Source of the DNA: Dehalococcoidia bacterium | Lineage (GTDB): Bacteria > Chloroflexota > Dehalococcoidia > Lucifugimonadales > UBA2985 | Direction of reading: 5' to 3' | Length of the DNA stretch: 64,000 bases | Assembly (NCBI GenBank): GCA_034423135.1 | Contig: DAOUJC010000005.1 | Coordinates: forward strand, 33,985 to 97,984 | In this document: positions 1-9,841 of the stretch, one piece after another | Layout of the letters: each line of letters starts with the position of its first letter | How positions within the stretch are numbered: position 1 is the stretch's first letter | Translations under genes and position numbers: made by a program | The notes under the pieces: model-generated | Told to the model about the DNA's origin: nothing | The model's input: the letters and a program-made list of their open reading frames with translations, nothing else | The model's database searches: none

Positions 1-70
1 TGATTGGGGCGTTGCCTCCAACGGTTACGTCGCCTACCTGGATCGCCTTGGAAACACGTCTGGGACTCAT
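1..70 (-). CDS. ispG: 5' fragment of 4-hydroxy-3-methylbut-2-enyl-diphosphate synthase (runs off window edge)
   Basis: Reverse strand from ATG at 70 reads MSPRRVSKAIQVGDVTVGGNAPI, matching the IspG N-terminus; follows dxr-rseP as in the conserved cluster. Confidence 0.8.
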   Translation of the reverse strand, partial: MSPRRVSKAIQVGDVTVGGNAPI

Positions 71-145
71 AGTGACCCGCCTTTTCTGAACTTTTGGTAG
101 CCTTAGCTTATCCTACCGTGGCGAGGACGGTCAAATTATGCCGCC

Positions 146-1264
146 TCACCCCAGGTCCAGAGGCCTTGCGATGTCCAGGTACACGCCCAGGACTCCGATC
201 AGCACGACGAACACGAACACGGCCGCTCCCACCGGTATCACCTTCCGCATGTCCGGCGGCCGGCCCGTGACCTTCTCGTAGAGCGCCACGACGAAGTGGC
301 CTCCGTCGAACGGGAACAGCGGTAAGGCGTTCAGCACTCCCACGAAGATCGCGATGTAGGCGATGAGCTCCAGCGTGACGTTGATCCCCGCCTGCGAGCT
401 GGCCGCCCCGAACTGCGTTATGCCTATGACACTCACGGGGCGCACCCTGTCCAGCTCCTCGTCGTCGCTGACCACCGCGTTCGCCAGCGTGCCCAGGTTG
501 GTGGCGAAGAGCCAGATGCCTTGCACGCTCAGCCTCGTGTACAGGGCCACGTCGCCTACCGACTTGCCCACGCCCACGATGGGGTTGTCGCGCTCCCGCT
601 CAACCTTCGGCGACACGCCCAGAAAGCCCACCTGCTCGCCCGTTGCCGTATCGATTCTCGACGAGAGCGTGGGCGTCAGCCGCACCAGCGTGTCGTCACG
701 CATCACGTCCAGCTCGATTCGACGGTCGGGGTTGCTCCTGAGCACCGCGGACAGGTCGCTCCACCGATCGAGGGGTTGGCCGTTCGCCGCCACAATGCGG
801 TCGCCGGGAAGCACCCCGGCCAGCGCCGCAGCCGAAGGCGACCCGTCCTCCGTCTCCTCTATCACGCGCGCCACCTCCAGCAGAGGACTGGAGGTGTCCG
901 GCTCTCCGATCACCACGTTCACCATCCACAGCAGCACAAAAGCGATAACGAAGTGCGTTGCGATGCCGCCCAGGACCACCACCGACTTCTGCCAGAACGG
1001 CCTCCCGCGGTAGGCGCGGTCCTCCTCGTGCGGGTCCACGGCGTCCAGCGCATTCATGCCCACAATGCGCACGAAGCCACCGGCCGGGATGGCCTTGATG
1101 CCGTACTCGGTCTCCCCGCGCTGGAAGGACCAGATGGTGGGGCCGAATCCCAGGAAGTACCTGGTGGCCTTTATATTCAGGAGCTTGGCGGCCACGAGAT
1201 GCCCGCCCTCGTGGGCCATCAGGATGACCACGAACGCTATCACCACCATCACTCCGCCCAGCAT
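146..1264 (-). CDS. rseP: RIP metalloprotease RseP (M50, PDZ)
   Basis: AHEGGH zinc motif, PDZ-like GVLPGDRIVAANG, LNALPLFPFDGGH; start placed at MLGGVM (1264), uncertain. Confidence 0.92.
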   Translation of the reverse strand: MLGGVMVVIAFVVILMAHEGGHLVAAKLLNIKATRYFLGFGPTIWSFQRGETEYGIKAIPAGGFVRIVGMNALDAVDPHEEDRAYRGRPFWQKSVVVLGGIATHFVIAFVLLWMVNVVIGEPDTSSPLLEVARVIEETEDGSPSAAALAGVLPGDRIVAANGQPLDRWSDLSAVLRSNPDRRIELDVMRDDTLVRLTPTLSSRIDTATGEQVGFLGVSPKVERERDNPIVGVGKSVGDVALYTRLSVQGIWLFATNLGTLANAVVSDDEELDRVRPVSVIGITQFGAASSQAGINVTLELIAYIAIFVGVLNALPLFPFDGGHFVVALYEKVTGRPPDMRKVIPVGAAVFVFVVLIGVLGVYLDIARPLDLG

Positions 1265-1283
1265 ACCGCTCCTTCCGCCCGGC

Positions 1284-2429
1284 TCAGGCCCGGCCGGGCC
1301 ACGATAGCGCCGTCCGGCGTGCCCACTCGTCCGCAGCCAGGATGTCCTCAAGTGCTGGGGCCGATACCGCGTCGTGCCTCGAGAGCGTCCATTCGACCAC
1401 GGCGGGTATGTCCGTGAACCCGATCGCGCCACCCAGGAACATTTCGACCGCAACCTCGTCCGCCGCGCTGAGCGCCGCGGGATAGGTCATGCCCTTGCGA
1501 CCCGCATCCAAGGCCAGCCGGAAGCAGGGGTACTTGGCCTCGTCCAGCGGCTCGAAGGTGAGCGCGCCTGTCTCCGCCGGCCTGAACCGGGGTAGCGCAT
1601 CGTTCTCGGCGCGCTCGGGGTAGAGCAGTGCGTGCTGTATGGGCATCCGCATGTCCGGCGGGCTGAGCTGCGCCTTCACCGAGCCGTCTGCGAACTCAAC
1701 CATTGCGTGGATGATGCTCTGGTGATGCACCACCACGTCGATCTGCTCCCACGGCAGGTCGAACAGCCAGCGCGACTCTATCACCTCGAACCCCTTGTTC
1801 ATCAGGCTTGCCGAATCGATGGTTATCTTGCGACCCATCGTCCACGTGGGGTGTCGCAGCGCCTCCTCCGGCGTCACCGACGCAAGCTCCTCAGGAGCGC
1901 GACCACGGAATGCGCCACCGGACGCGGTGATGATCACGCGAGATATGGCCCTGTCCTCGCCGCGAAGGCACTGCCATATCGCGCTCGGCTCGCTGTCGAC
2001 CGGCAGCACGTCCACGCCCATGTCCCTCGCAGCGCCCATCACGATCTCGCCGGCCATCACCACCGGTTCCTTGTTGGCAAGCGCCAACGTCTTGCCGGCC
2101 CGAATGGCCGCCAGTATGGGGCCGAGTCCGGCACTGCCCACGCTTGCGGCCATCACGAGGCTCACGTCGGGGTGTGTCGCCACTTCTTCGTGGGTCGCAA
2201 CGGCGCACTCATCAGGCAAGACCGCAGCCAGCTCGTCCACGGGCGCCTCGCTCGACACCATCTGCGGGCCGAACTCGCGCGCCTGTTCCGCAAGCAGCTC
2301 CAGGTTTCGCCCCGCCGAAAGCGCAACTACCGAGAAGCGGTCGGGAAAGGCGCGCACGACGTCCAGGGTCTGTCTGCCGATTGACCCCGTGGAACCGAGA
2401 ATTGCCAAGCCTTTCACCCCGCTGTCCAT
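1284..2429 (-). CDS. dxr: 1-deoxy-D-xylulose-5-phosphate reductoisomerase
   Basis: LGSTGSIG, LALANKE, PVDSEPSA, MGRKITIDSA motifs; start at MDSGVKGL. Confidence 0.97.
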   Translation of the reverse strand: MDSGVKGLAILGSTGSIGRQTLDVVRAFPDRFSVVALSAGRNLELLAEQAREFGPQMVSSEAPVDELAAVLPDECAVATHEEVATHPDVSLVMAASVGSAGLGPILAAIRAGKTLALANKEPVVMAGEIVMGAARDMGVDVLPVDSEPSAIWQCLRGEDRAISRVIITASGGAFRGRAPEELASVTPEEALRHPTWTMGRKITIDSASLMNKGFEVIESRWLFDLPWEQIDVVVHHQSIIHAMVEFADGSVKAQLSPPDMRMPIQHALLYPERAENDALPRFRPAETGALTFEPLDEAKYPCFRLALDAGRKGMTYPAALSAADEVAVEMFLGGAIGFTDIPAVVEWTLSRHDAVSAPALEDILAADEWARRTALSWPGRA

Positions 2430-3256
2430 ACACTGAAATGGTACACGACCACGATAGCGAAGACAACGCTGTCCAGCCGGTCCAGCACGCCCCCGTGGCC
2501 GGGTATCAGCGTGCCGGAGTCCTTCACGTCTGCCGCCCGCTTGAGCATGGACTCCACCAGGTCTCCCACCTGCGCCACAACTCCGACCAGCACGCCCAGA
2601 GCGACGGCCTCCGCCTGCGTGATGGGCAAGTCCAGAAGCACCGCCAGCCCGACCGTCGCGCCCACGCCCGCCACCCACCCAGCAACTGCTCCCTCCCACG
2701 TCTTGCCCGGGCTGATCCGCGGCGCCATGCGCGTGCGCCCGATCGCGCGGCCTACCAGGAACGCGCCCGTGTCCGTGGCGAACGTGGCCAGGACCGCCAG
2801 CAGCACCCACTCCAAGCCGTCATCGCCCGCGCGCAGGCGCAGGAACAGCGAGAGCGTCCACCCGGTGTAGATCGTACCCGCGGCGGTGTATCCCCAGTCG
2901 ACCAGGGTATCGCCGGGGCTGTCCGGCTCCTCGCCCTCGCCACCCACAAGGCGGGCAGGCACGAACCGCCGCGCCAGGTGCCACGCCAGGGCCAGAGCAC
3001 CGCCGCCCAGCGCGACAAGCGTAGTCTGGTACTCCACGTAGTCTTCGCCGTGGCCGCTCACTACGAACGCCAGCGCCCAGATGACGCCCAAGGTGACGGC
3101 GGGCCGCGCGCCTCGCAGCGACGCCATGCGGTAGAACTCTACCGCTCCAAGAGACGCGAGAAGGGCCACCAACAGAGAGAGCCAGGGTGCGCCTGCCCAC
3201 AGGGCGGCGACGATGATGGGTATGCCTACGAATGCGCTTGCCAGTCGAGAAGCCAT
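2414..3256 (-). CDS. cdsA: phosphatidate cytidylyltransferase
   Basis: Hydrophobic protein with SPGKTWEG, GDLVESMLKRAADVKDSG, PGHGGVLDRLDS. Confidence 0.95.
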   Translation of the reverse strand: MASRLASAFVGIPIIVAALWAGAPWLSLLVALLASLGAVEFYRMASLRGARPAVTLGVIWALAFVVSGHGEDYVEYQTTLVALGGGALALAWHLARRFVPARLVGGEGEEPDSPGDTLVDWGYTAAGTIYTGWTLSLFLRLRAGDDGLEWVLLAVLATFATDTGAFLVGRAIGRTRMAPRISPGKTWEGAVAGWVAGVGATVGLAVLLDLPITQAEAVALGVLVGVVAQVGDLVESMLKRAADVKDSGTLIPGHGGVLDRLDSVVFAIVVVYHFSVWTAG

Positions 3257-3364
3257 TGGTCAGAAGTTCAGCGACGCCAGGTCCGGGAGGTGAAACCCCG
3301 CGGCCTCTGCCCATGTGAGCCGGCGGCTACTCTACGGAGCCAGCCGGCCGAGTGGGCCCCGGCC

Positions 3365-4102
3365 TCAACCCTCAATCCTGCCGAAGCGGCGCCTGCGGCG
3401 GCCGTAAGCCTTGAACGCCATGTGCAGCTCCTCCTGATCGAAGTCCGGCCAGTACGCATCCGTGCAGTAGTACTCGCTGTACGCCGACTGCCACAGCAGG
3501 AAGTTGCTCAGGCGCATCTCGCCACCGGTGCGGATGATCAGGTCAGGCTCCGGCATGCCGGCCGTGTCCAGGTAGCTGTTGAAGGTGACCTCGTCGATGT
3601 CCTGAGGCGCCACTCCTTCCTCGACAATCCGGCGCACCGCCCCAAGTATCTCGGCCCTGCCGCCGTAGTTGAAGGCCACGTTGAGGGTGATGCGGTCGTT
3701 GTTCTTGGTCAGGTCTATCGCGCGGCACACGGCATCCCGTAGCTCCGGCGAGAGGCGATCAAGCGTGCCCAGGTGGCACAGCCTGACGCCCTGCTTGTGG
3801 AGCGCGCCAGTTTCCGTCTCAATGACTTCACCAAGGATGCCCAGGAGGCCGTTGACCTCCTCCGCCGGCCGATCCCAGTTCTCCGTGGAGAAGGCGTAAA
3901 TCGTAAGGTGCTTGACCCCAAGCCGCGCCGACTCCTCGATGACGCGCTGGATGTTCTTGCGGCCGGCCTGGTGGCCCGCCAGCCGGGGGAGGCTGCGCTG
4001 CTCCGCCCATCGCCCGTTGCCGTCCATTATGATGGCTACGTGCACCGGCACGTGCGACATCTCGTCGTTCACGTCCGGGGTTGTCTGCTCCTTCGCCTTC
4101 AT
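3365..4102 (-). CDS. uppS: undecaprenyl diphosphate synthase
   Basis: HVAIIMDGNGRWA, YAFSTENW, PDLIIRTGGEMRLSNFLLWQ. Confidence 0.97.
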   Translation of the reverse strand: MKAKEQTTPDVNDEMSHVPVHVAIIMDGNGRWAEQRSLPRLAGHQAGRKNIQRVIEESARLGVKHLTIYAFSTENWDRPAEEVNGLLGILGEVIETETGALHKQGVRLCHLGTLDRLSPELRDAVCRAIDLTKNNDRITLNVAFNYGGRAEILGAVRRIVEEGVAPQDIDEVTFNSYLDTAGMPEPDLIIRTGGEMRLSNFLLWQSAYSEYYCTDAYWPDFDQEELHMAFKAYGRRRRRFGRIEG

Positions 4103-4147
4103 GGGTTCTACAGTCAGGGCGGCGTGGCGCGCGAGCTGCGCGGAAGC

Positions 4148-4711
4148 CTAGACCTCCATGACCTCCTTCTCCTTGTCGGAGCCCAGACCGTCCATCTCAG
4201 ACACGTAGAGGTCGGTCATCTTCTGCAGCTGGTCCTGCGCACGCTTGCCCTCGTCCTGCGAGATCTCCTTCTCCCGCTCCATCCCCCTCAGCTGCTCCAA
4301 CACGTCCCGCCGGATGTTGCGCACCTCGACGCGGCCGTCCTCAACCTTCTTGCGAACGAGGCGGACCAGCTCCTTGCGCCTGTCTTCCGTGAGCTGCGGG
4401 ATGGCGAGTCGCAGCACGTTGCCGTCGTTGATGGGGTTCAGCCCAATGCTCAGCTTCTGTATGGCCTTCTCCACTGCGGGCAAGCTCTGCCTGTCCCAGG
4501 GCTGCACGACGAGCAGCCGCGCCTCCGCCGCGTTGATCGACGCGAGCTGGTTGAGCGGCGTGGACGTTCCGTAGTAGTCCACCATCACGTTCTCAACCAG
4601 CGCCGGGTTGGCCCGGCCCGTCCTGACGGTGGCAAGCTCCCTCTTCAGGGCATCCACCGAGCGTCTCTTTCTTCTGTCGCCCTCTTCGAGGACCTCCCTT
4701 ATCGTGGCCAT
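4148..4711 (-). CDS. frr: ribosome recycling factor
   Basis: RTGRANP, PQLTEDRRKELV, RNIRRD motifs. Confidence 0.97.
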   Translation of the reverse strand: MATIREVLEEGDRRKRRSVDALKRELATVRTGRANPALVENVMVDYYGTSTPLNQLASINAAEARLLVVQPWDRQSLPAVEKAIQKLSIGLNPINDGNVLRLAIPQLTEDRRKELVRLVRKKVEDGRVEVRNIRRDVLEQLRGMEREKEISQDEGKRAQDQLQKMTDLYVSEMDGLGSDKEKEVMEV

Positions 4712-4774
4712 GGGTCACTCCCCTTGCGAGAATTTCCTGCGGCGACTCCCTGGGTGCCACTTGGGCAGCGTCAT

Positions 4775-4793
4775 AGTTGTGGAATCCACAACT
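4775..4793. promoter_or_regulatory. 19-bp inverted repeat (candidate operator) between divergent frr and ion-channel genes
   Basis: AGTTGTGGA-A-TCCACAACT, perfect 9-bp arms around one central base. Confidence 0.35.
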
Positions 4794-5035
4794 TCAAATG
4801 GAGTTTAGCATAGGAAAAGCCCGCCGATAAAGACTTGTGGATTCGACAGCCTTTGCCCGTCTCCAGCCGTGTGGTGTAAGATTGATGCGGCCTCCTGCTG
4901 CCGGACCATCGACGGCGACCGGTTGCCCACCCTGACGCTATCCTGGAATAGCCTTGTCAGGTGCGAACCGGATGCAGCCGACACAAGTGCAGCATCCCGC
5001 CTGAGGCGATTGACATACCCCACGCAGGTAGAGCC

Positions 5036-5896
5036 TTGACCGAACGAGAAGCAACCCAACAAGTCACCCAGCAGGCCGGAACGAACCGGCTGCTGGACGG
5101 GTGCCGGCGGTTGGTCGAGGCCGACCGGTTCGAGTACCTGATCATCGGCATCATCCTGCTCAACGCCGCGCTTCTCGGACTCGGCACATCCCCTGCCATC
5201 GAGCGGGACTACGGCGACTGGCTTCACTTGGGCAACAACGTCATCCTGGGCATCTTCGTGGTGGAGGCGCTGCTGAAGCTGGCGGCCCGGTGGCCGCGGC
5301 CGCTGCGCTACTTCACCGACGGCTGGAACGTCTTCGACTTCACAGTGATTGTGCTGGCGCTGATCCCCGCCACGGGGGAGTTTGCCATTGTGACGCGCCT
5401 CTTCCGCCTGCTGAGGGTTGTAAGGCTGATCTCCACCATCAGGGACCTGCGGCTGATTGTCGCCGCCTTGGTGCGCTCCATTCCCAGCGTGGGCCACGTG
5501 CTGATCCTGATGAGCATTGTGGTCTACATCTACGCCATCATGGGCTACCACCTGTTCCACCAGCACGACCCGGACAACTGGCGCAACCTGGGCACAGCGC
5601 TACTCACGCTCTTCAACATTCTTACACTGGAGGGTTGGACCGCGGTGATGAACACGGCGATGGAGGCGTATCCGTGGGCCTGGGTCTACTTCGTCAGCTT
5701 TGTCGTACTGGGAACGTTCGTCGTCATCAACATGTTCATTGCCATCATCATCAACAACCTGGATGAAGCCAAGATCGAGAGACTGCGCGAACTGGAAGGG
5801 CCCGCGAGCAGGGAAGAGCTCCTGCGCGAAATTCGTGCCGCACAGGACACACTCCGGCGCCTTGAACGGCGCATCGGAGACGACGAGCGGGAGTAG
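5036..5896 (+). CDS. bacterial voltage-gated sodium-channel-like ion transporter (BacNav)
   Basis: 6-TM layout, S4 RLFRLLRVVRLIS, pore filter TLEGW, C-terminal coiled coil; start uncertain (ORF opens at 4961). Confidence 0.88.
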   Translation: MTEREATQQVTQQAGTNRLLDGCRRLVEADRFEYLIIGIILLNAALLGLGTSPAIERDYGDWLHLGNNVILGIFVVEALLKLAARWPRPLRYFTDGWNVFDFTVIVLALIPATGEFAIVTRLFRLLRVVRLISTIRDLRLIVAALVRSIPSVGHVLILMSIVVYIYAIMGYHLFHQHDPDNWRNLGTALLTLFNILTLEGWTAVMNTAMEAYPWAWVYFVSFVVLGTFVVINMFIAIIINNLDEAKIERLRELEGPASREELLREIRAAQDTLRRLERRIGDDERE

Positions 5897-5956
5897 TGAG
5901 CGGGCGGCCGTCAAGCCCTCTTCCCCAACCGATTACGGCGTTGCTATAATTCGTGC

Positions 5957-6334
5957 ATGCAGAGTGATGGAGGCAACGCATTGCTGACTCAAGAACACGC
6001 CGGGACTGCCAGGGCGTTCCTGCAAGAAGCCGACCGCGAGTTTGCGGAGGGCGATACCCTGCAAGCGTCGGAAAAGATGTGGGGAGCGGCATCCCACGCC
6101 ATCATGGCGGTTGCGATGCAACGCGGCCAGGACTGCGGCACGCATCGCCAGATGGTTAACGTGGCCTGGCAGTTAGCCGACGAGCTGAACGACGACGGTC
6201 TGCGGGCAGGAATGATAGCGGCTCAGCAGTTTCACCGGAACTTCTATCACGGCTTCCTGGAGCCTGAGGAGTTCGAGAATCCCGCCGGGTTGGTACGCCG
6301 CTTCGTGGGGCGAATGCTGGCTTTGGCCGGGTGA
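5957..6334 (+). CDS. PaREP1-family (HEPN-like) protein
   Basis: FLQEADREFAEGDTLQASEKMWGAASHA and LHxNFYH-like FHRNFYH typical of PaREP1. Confidence 0.7.
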   Translation: MQSDGGNALLTQEHAGTARAFLQEADREFAEGDTLQASEKMWGAASHAIMAVAMQRGQDCGTHRQMVNVAWQLADELNDDGLRAGMIAAQQFHRNFYHGFLEPEEFENPAGLVRRFVGRMLALAG

Positions 6335-6368
6335 GCGCGCCGGGAACAGCGGCAGGGCAACGCCGGAG

Positions 6369-6893
6369 CTACTCGCTAGCGGCTGCGTCCTCGCCCAGCG
6401 CGAACCGCTGGAACCGCCGGACGCGAATGTTCTCGCCAACACGCGCCATCACCTCGTTCACCACGTCCCTGATCGTCTGGGACGGGTCCTTGATGAAGGC
6501 CTGCTCCATGAGCAGTTGGCCTTCGGCGCCTGAGGTGTCGTCCTCCGATGCGGCCTCGCCGTCCACGTAGCGAGGCGACATGGCAGCAACCTGCATCGCA
6601 AGGTTGTGCGCCAGCTCCTTGAACTCCGGCGTCCTGGCAACGAAGTCAGTCTCGCAGTTCAACTCTACGATTGCGCCGACGCGGCTGCCTGCGTGGATGT
6701 AGCTGTCGACGACGCCTTCCAGCGTGTCCCTCGAAGACTTCTTGGCGGCAATCGACAAGCCCTTCTGTCTCAGAAGCTCCACCGCTTTCGCCATGTCACC
6801 GCCGGCCTCTTCCAGCGCGTTCTTGCAGTCCATAACGCCCGCGCTGGTCTGCTCTCTCAGGTCCTTGATTGCGTCAAGCGATACTCCCGGCAT
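6369..6893 (-). CDS. tsf: elongation factor Ts (short form)
   Basis: IKDLREQTSAGVMDCKNAL, ELNCETDFVA, ENIRVRRFQRF; 174 aa. Confidence 0.97.
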   Translation of the reverse strand: MPGVSLDAIKDLREQTSAGVMDCKNALEEAGGDMAKAVELLRQKGLSIAAKKSSRDTLEGVVDSYIHAGSRVGAIVELNCETDFVARTPEFKELAHNLAMQVAAMSPRYVDGEAASEDDTSGAEGQLLMEQAFIKDPSQTIRDVVNEVMARVGENIRVRRFQRFALGEDAAASE

Positions 6894-6895
6894 GG

Positions 6896-7816
6896 CTATG
6901 CTGTACCTTCCGGGGAGTCCTGGCTTGAGGTCCGCTGCACCGGCGCAGACCCGGGATCACCGGCCATTGCGCGAGCCAGCGCCTCCGGGTCCACTTCCAC
7001 CAGCGTCTCGCCGACCTCTTCTTCCCCTTCCTCGCCCGCCTCCAAGGCCTCCTCCGCCATCTCCAGTTCCTCTGCGGCGCTCGCAAGCTCTGCGCGCCTG
7101 CGCAGGCCCTCCATTACGGCATACGAGATGCGGGAGGTCACGAGGCTTATGGAGCGAATGGCGTCGTCATTGGCTGCGATGGGGTAGTCGACCAGGTCCG
7201 GATCTCCGTCCGTATCCACGAGCGCGACGATGGGTATGCCCATTCGCCGGCCCTCAGCCACGGCTATCTTCTCCCGGCCTATGTCCACCACGAAGAGCGC
7301 ACCGGGCAGCGTGGTCATCTCCTTCACGCCCCCGAAGTTGCGGTTCAGCCTCTGGACTTCGTCCTCCAGCTTCAGCGCCTCCTTCTTGGTGAGCAGGGCG
7401 AAGCCGCCCTTGGCGCGGCGCTCCTCCAACCGCACCAGGTAGTCAATGCGCGACTGTATGGACGGGAAGTTGGTGAGCGTACCGCCAAGCCAGCGATGCT
7501 TCACGTAGAACATGCCGCAGTTCCTGGCGGCGTTCTCGACGGAGTCCTGCGCCTGTCGCTTGGTGCCCACGAACAGGACGCTCTGACCGCCGGCCACAAT
7601 GTCCGAGATGAACTGTTGCGCACGCTTGAGCAGCGACATCGACTGCTGCAGGTCTATGATGTGAATGCCGTTGCGCTGCGAGAAAATGTACTGCTTCATG
7701 CGGGGGTGCCATCTCTGAGTCTGATGCCCAAAGTGGACCCCTGCTTCCAGCAGAGACTTCATGGTTAGTGCCTCTTGAGGTTGAGAGGCTACATCCCGCT
7801 CATCGGATACGACCAT
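6896..7816 (-). CDS. rpsB: 30S ribosomal protein S2
   Basis: LLEAGVHFGHQ, RWLGGTLTN, PIAANDDAIRSI; start at MVVSDERD (7816) or MKSLL (7762). Confidence 0.97.
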   Translation of the reverse strand: MVVSDERDVASQPQEALTMKSLLEAGVHFGHQTQRWHPRMKQYIFSQRNGIHIIDLQQSMSLLKRAQQFISDIVAGGQSVLFVGTKRQAQDSVENAARNCGMFYVKHRWLGGTLTNFPSIQSRIDYLVRLEERRAKGGFALLTKKEALKLEDEVQRLNRNFGGVKEMTTLPGALFVVDIGREKIAVAEGRRMGIPIVALVDTDGDPDLVDYPIAANDDAIRSISLVTSRISYAVMEGLRRRAELASAAEELEMAEEALEAGEEGEEEVGETLVEVDPEALARAMAGDPGSAPVQRTSSQDSPEGTA

Positions 7817-7992
7817 GCGTGCGCGCTCCTCCTGTCTGCGACTCCCGCCTGATGCTGCGTGCGTGAGTATCGCACAGTTGGGCAGCCAATGCAAGCTGGC
7901 GTGGGGGATGGGGCATCAACTTTACCGCTTGGTGGGACGCATGGCACCGCTTGCTCAGCTGGAGGTCGCGGTCTGCGGCCGGGACTGTCAGT

Positions 7993-8340
7993 CTATGCTG
8001 ACGAGAAGGCCACCACCTTGTCCAGCCTCTGCGACAGGCGGTCCTCGGCAGCTTCCAAGTCGTACTGGCTTTGCAGCCCCATCCAGAATGCAGCAGAGTT
8101 TCCGAAGAATCGCGACAACAGCAGCGCGGTCTCCGCTGTAATAGAACGCCTGCCATTGACGATGGAGTGAATCCGGCGCGCGTCCACGCCAATGGCCTTG
8201 GCGAGCCGGTACTGAGTGATCTTCATCGGGAGGAGGAACTCCTCACTGAGTATCTCCCCCGGGTGAGCGGGGGCAAGTTTATTCTCACGGTGCGCTGGCT
8301 CGCTGATCACGGTCGTCTCCCTTCCCAACCTAGCGCTCAA
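7993..8340 (-). CDS. higA: HigA-family antitoxin (HTH)
   Basis: HPGEILSEEFL, ITAETALLLSRFFG, FWMGLQSQYDL. Confidence 0.92.
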   Translation of the reverse strand: MSARLGRETTVISEPAHRENKLAPAHPGEILSEEFLLPMKITQYRLAKAIGVDARRIHSIVNGRRSITAETALLLSRFFGNSAAFWMGLQSQYDLEAAEDRLSQRLDKVVAFSSA

Positions 8341-8618
8341 TGATAGTCTACGATCTCCACTTCATAAGCGTCGCTCCTGTCCCAGACGAAGCAGATGCGC
8401 CACTGGTCGTTGATGCGAATACTATACTGCCCCTGCCTATCACCTGAGAGGGCTTCCAGTCGGTTGCCCGGAGGCGTTCTCAGATCGTTCAAGTTGATGG
8501 CGTTGTTCAGCATCATCAATTTGCGTTGCGCCCGGCGTTGAATGTCCTCGTGGAATCTGCTGACACGCCGGCGGTTAGCTATGGACTGAGTATCCCTATC
8601 CCGGAAACTCCTTATCAC
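8337..8618 (-). CDS. higB: HigB (killer-protein type RelE) toxin
   Basis: IRSFRD..., DLRTPPGNRLEAL, YSIRINDQWRICF, EIVDYH; GTG start at 8618; directly upstream of higA. Confidence 0.92.
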   Translation of the reverse strand: MIRSFRDRDTQSIANRRRVSRFHEDIQRRAQRKLMMLNNAINLNDLRTPPGNRLEALSGDRQGQYSIRINDQWRICFVWDRSDAYEVEIVDYH

Positions 8619-8708
8619 GCACCAATAATAGTACGATGCACCATTAAGGTCAAATGGAGCGTTTCCCGGTCCTGACAATGCGGCGGAAAGGCAAACTCAC
8701 CCGCCCCC

Positions 8709-9557
8709 CTACCCCATGTCCAGGCTGATGTCCAGTGCTCGCACGGAGTGCGTCAGCGCGCCTACTGATATGAGGTCCACTCCTGTCTCCGCCACCGCTC
8801 GCACGGTGTCCAGCGTCACGCCGCCCGACGCCTCCAGCAGCGCCCGGCCGCCCGATATCTCGACCACGCGGCGCATCTCATCCGGCGACATGTTGTCCAG
8901 CAGCACCACGTCCGCGCCTCCCTCTATCGCCTCGATCGCCTCCTCCACCGTCTCCACCTCGATCTCCACCCGCAGCGTGTGCGGCGAGCGCTCCCTCGCA
9001 AGGTCCACTATCTCCGCCAGCCCAAGCTCACGCGCACGCAGCGCGGCAATGTGATTGTCCTTGATGAGAATGCCGTCAGCCAGGTTGTAGCGGTGGTTGT
9101 GGCCTCCACCCACTCGCACGGCGTACTTCTCCAGCTGTCGCAGGCCGGGCACCGTCTTGCGCGTATCGATGATGCGGGCCTTCGTGCCTTGGACAGCCTT
9201 CACGTATGCGGCCGTAGCCGTAGCGATGCCGCTGAGACGCTGCAGGAAGTTGAGGGCAACGCGCTCCGCCTTCAGAATGCCGGTCACGCTCCCTTCCAAG
9301 TCCGCAACCACGTCGCCGGGCGACACAGGTGCGCCGTCCTCGATGAGGACACGGCTCTGCGTCGATGGGTCGACCTGCCGGAACACCTCAAGCGCGACCT
9401 CCAGGCCCGCAACGACGCCGTCGGCCTTCACCACAACCGACGCTAGCCCGCGCGCGTCCGGCGGTATGAGCGAGTCCGTGGTGACGTCGCCGTGGCCGAG
9501 GTCCTCCACCAGAGCTCGCTCCACCATGTCACGTATCGAGGAAGTGATTTGCAGCAT
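8709..9557 (-). CDS. nadC: nicotinate-nucleotide diphosphorylase (carboxylating)
   Basis: EDLGHGDVTT, ERVALNFLQRLSGIAT, DTRKT, HRYNLADGILIKDNH, LEASGG. Confidence 0.97.
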   Translation of the reverse strand: MLQITSSIRDMVERALVEDLGHGDVTTDSLIPPDARGLASVVVKADGVVAGLEVALEVFRQVDPSTQSRVLIEDGAPVSPGDVVADLEGSVTGILKAERVALNFLQRLSGIATATAAYVKAVQGTKARIIDTRKTVPGLRQLEKYAVRVGGGHNHRYNLADGILIKDNHIAALRARELGLAEIVDLARERSPHTLRVEIEVETVEEAIEAIEGGADVVLLDNMSPDEMRRVVEISGGRALLEASGGVTLDTVRAVAETGVDLISVGALTHSVRALDISLDMG

Positions 9558-9586
9558 ATTAGTGAATTCTGAGCCTTACAATCTTG

Positions 9587-9841
9587 TCAGCGATACGCTT
9601 CACGCCGGTGGCGAGCGGCGAATACGGTTATCACCTGATTCGTGTCGTCGATAGTAAAGAGAACTCTGTAGTCGCCAACGCGAAGCCGATAACCATCCTG
9701 GCCTCTCAGCTTCCTGACATCGCCTCGTCGTGGGCCACTTCTCAGGGCTTCTAGTCCTCGCTCAACTCGTCCATGCATCCGTGGCGAAAGTCTGAGAAGA
9801 TCCGATTCAGCAGCTCTCGTAATACTGAGGCTATACCTCAC
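9587..9841 (-). CDS. RelE/ParE-family toxin
   Basis: 84 aa, VRKLRGQDGYRLRVGDYRVLFTIDD, RHRREAYR. Confidence 0.9.
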   Translation of the reverse strand: MRYSLSITRAAESDLLRLSPRMHGRVERGLEALRSGPRRGDVRKLRGQDGYRLRVGDYRVLFTIDDTNQVITVFAARHRREAYR

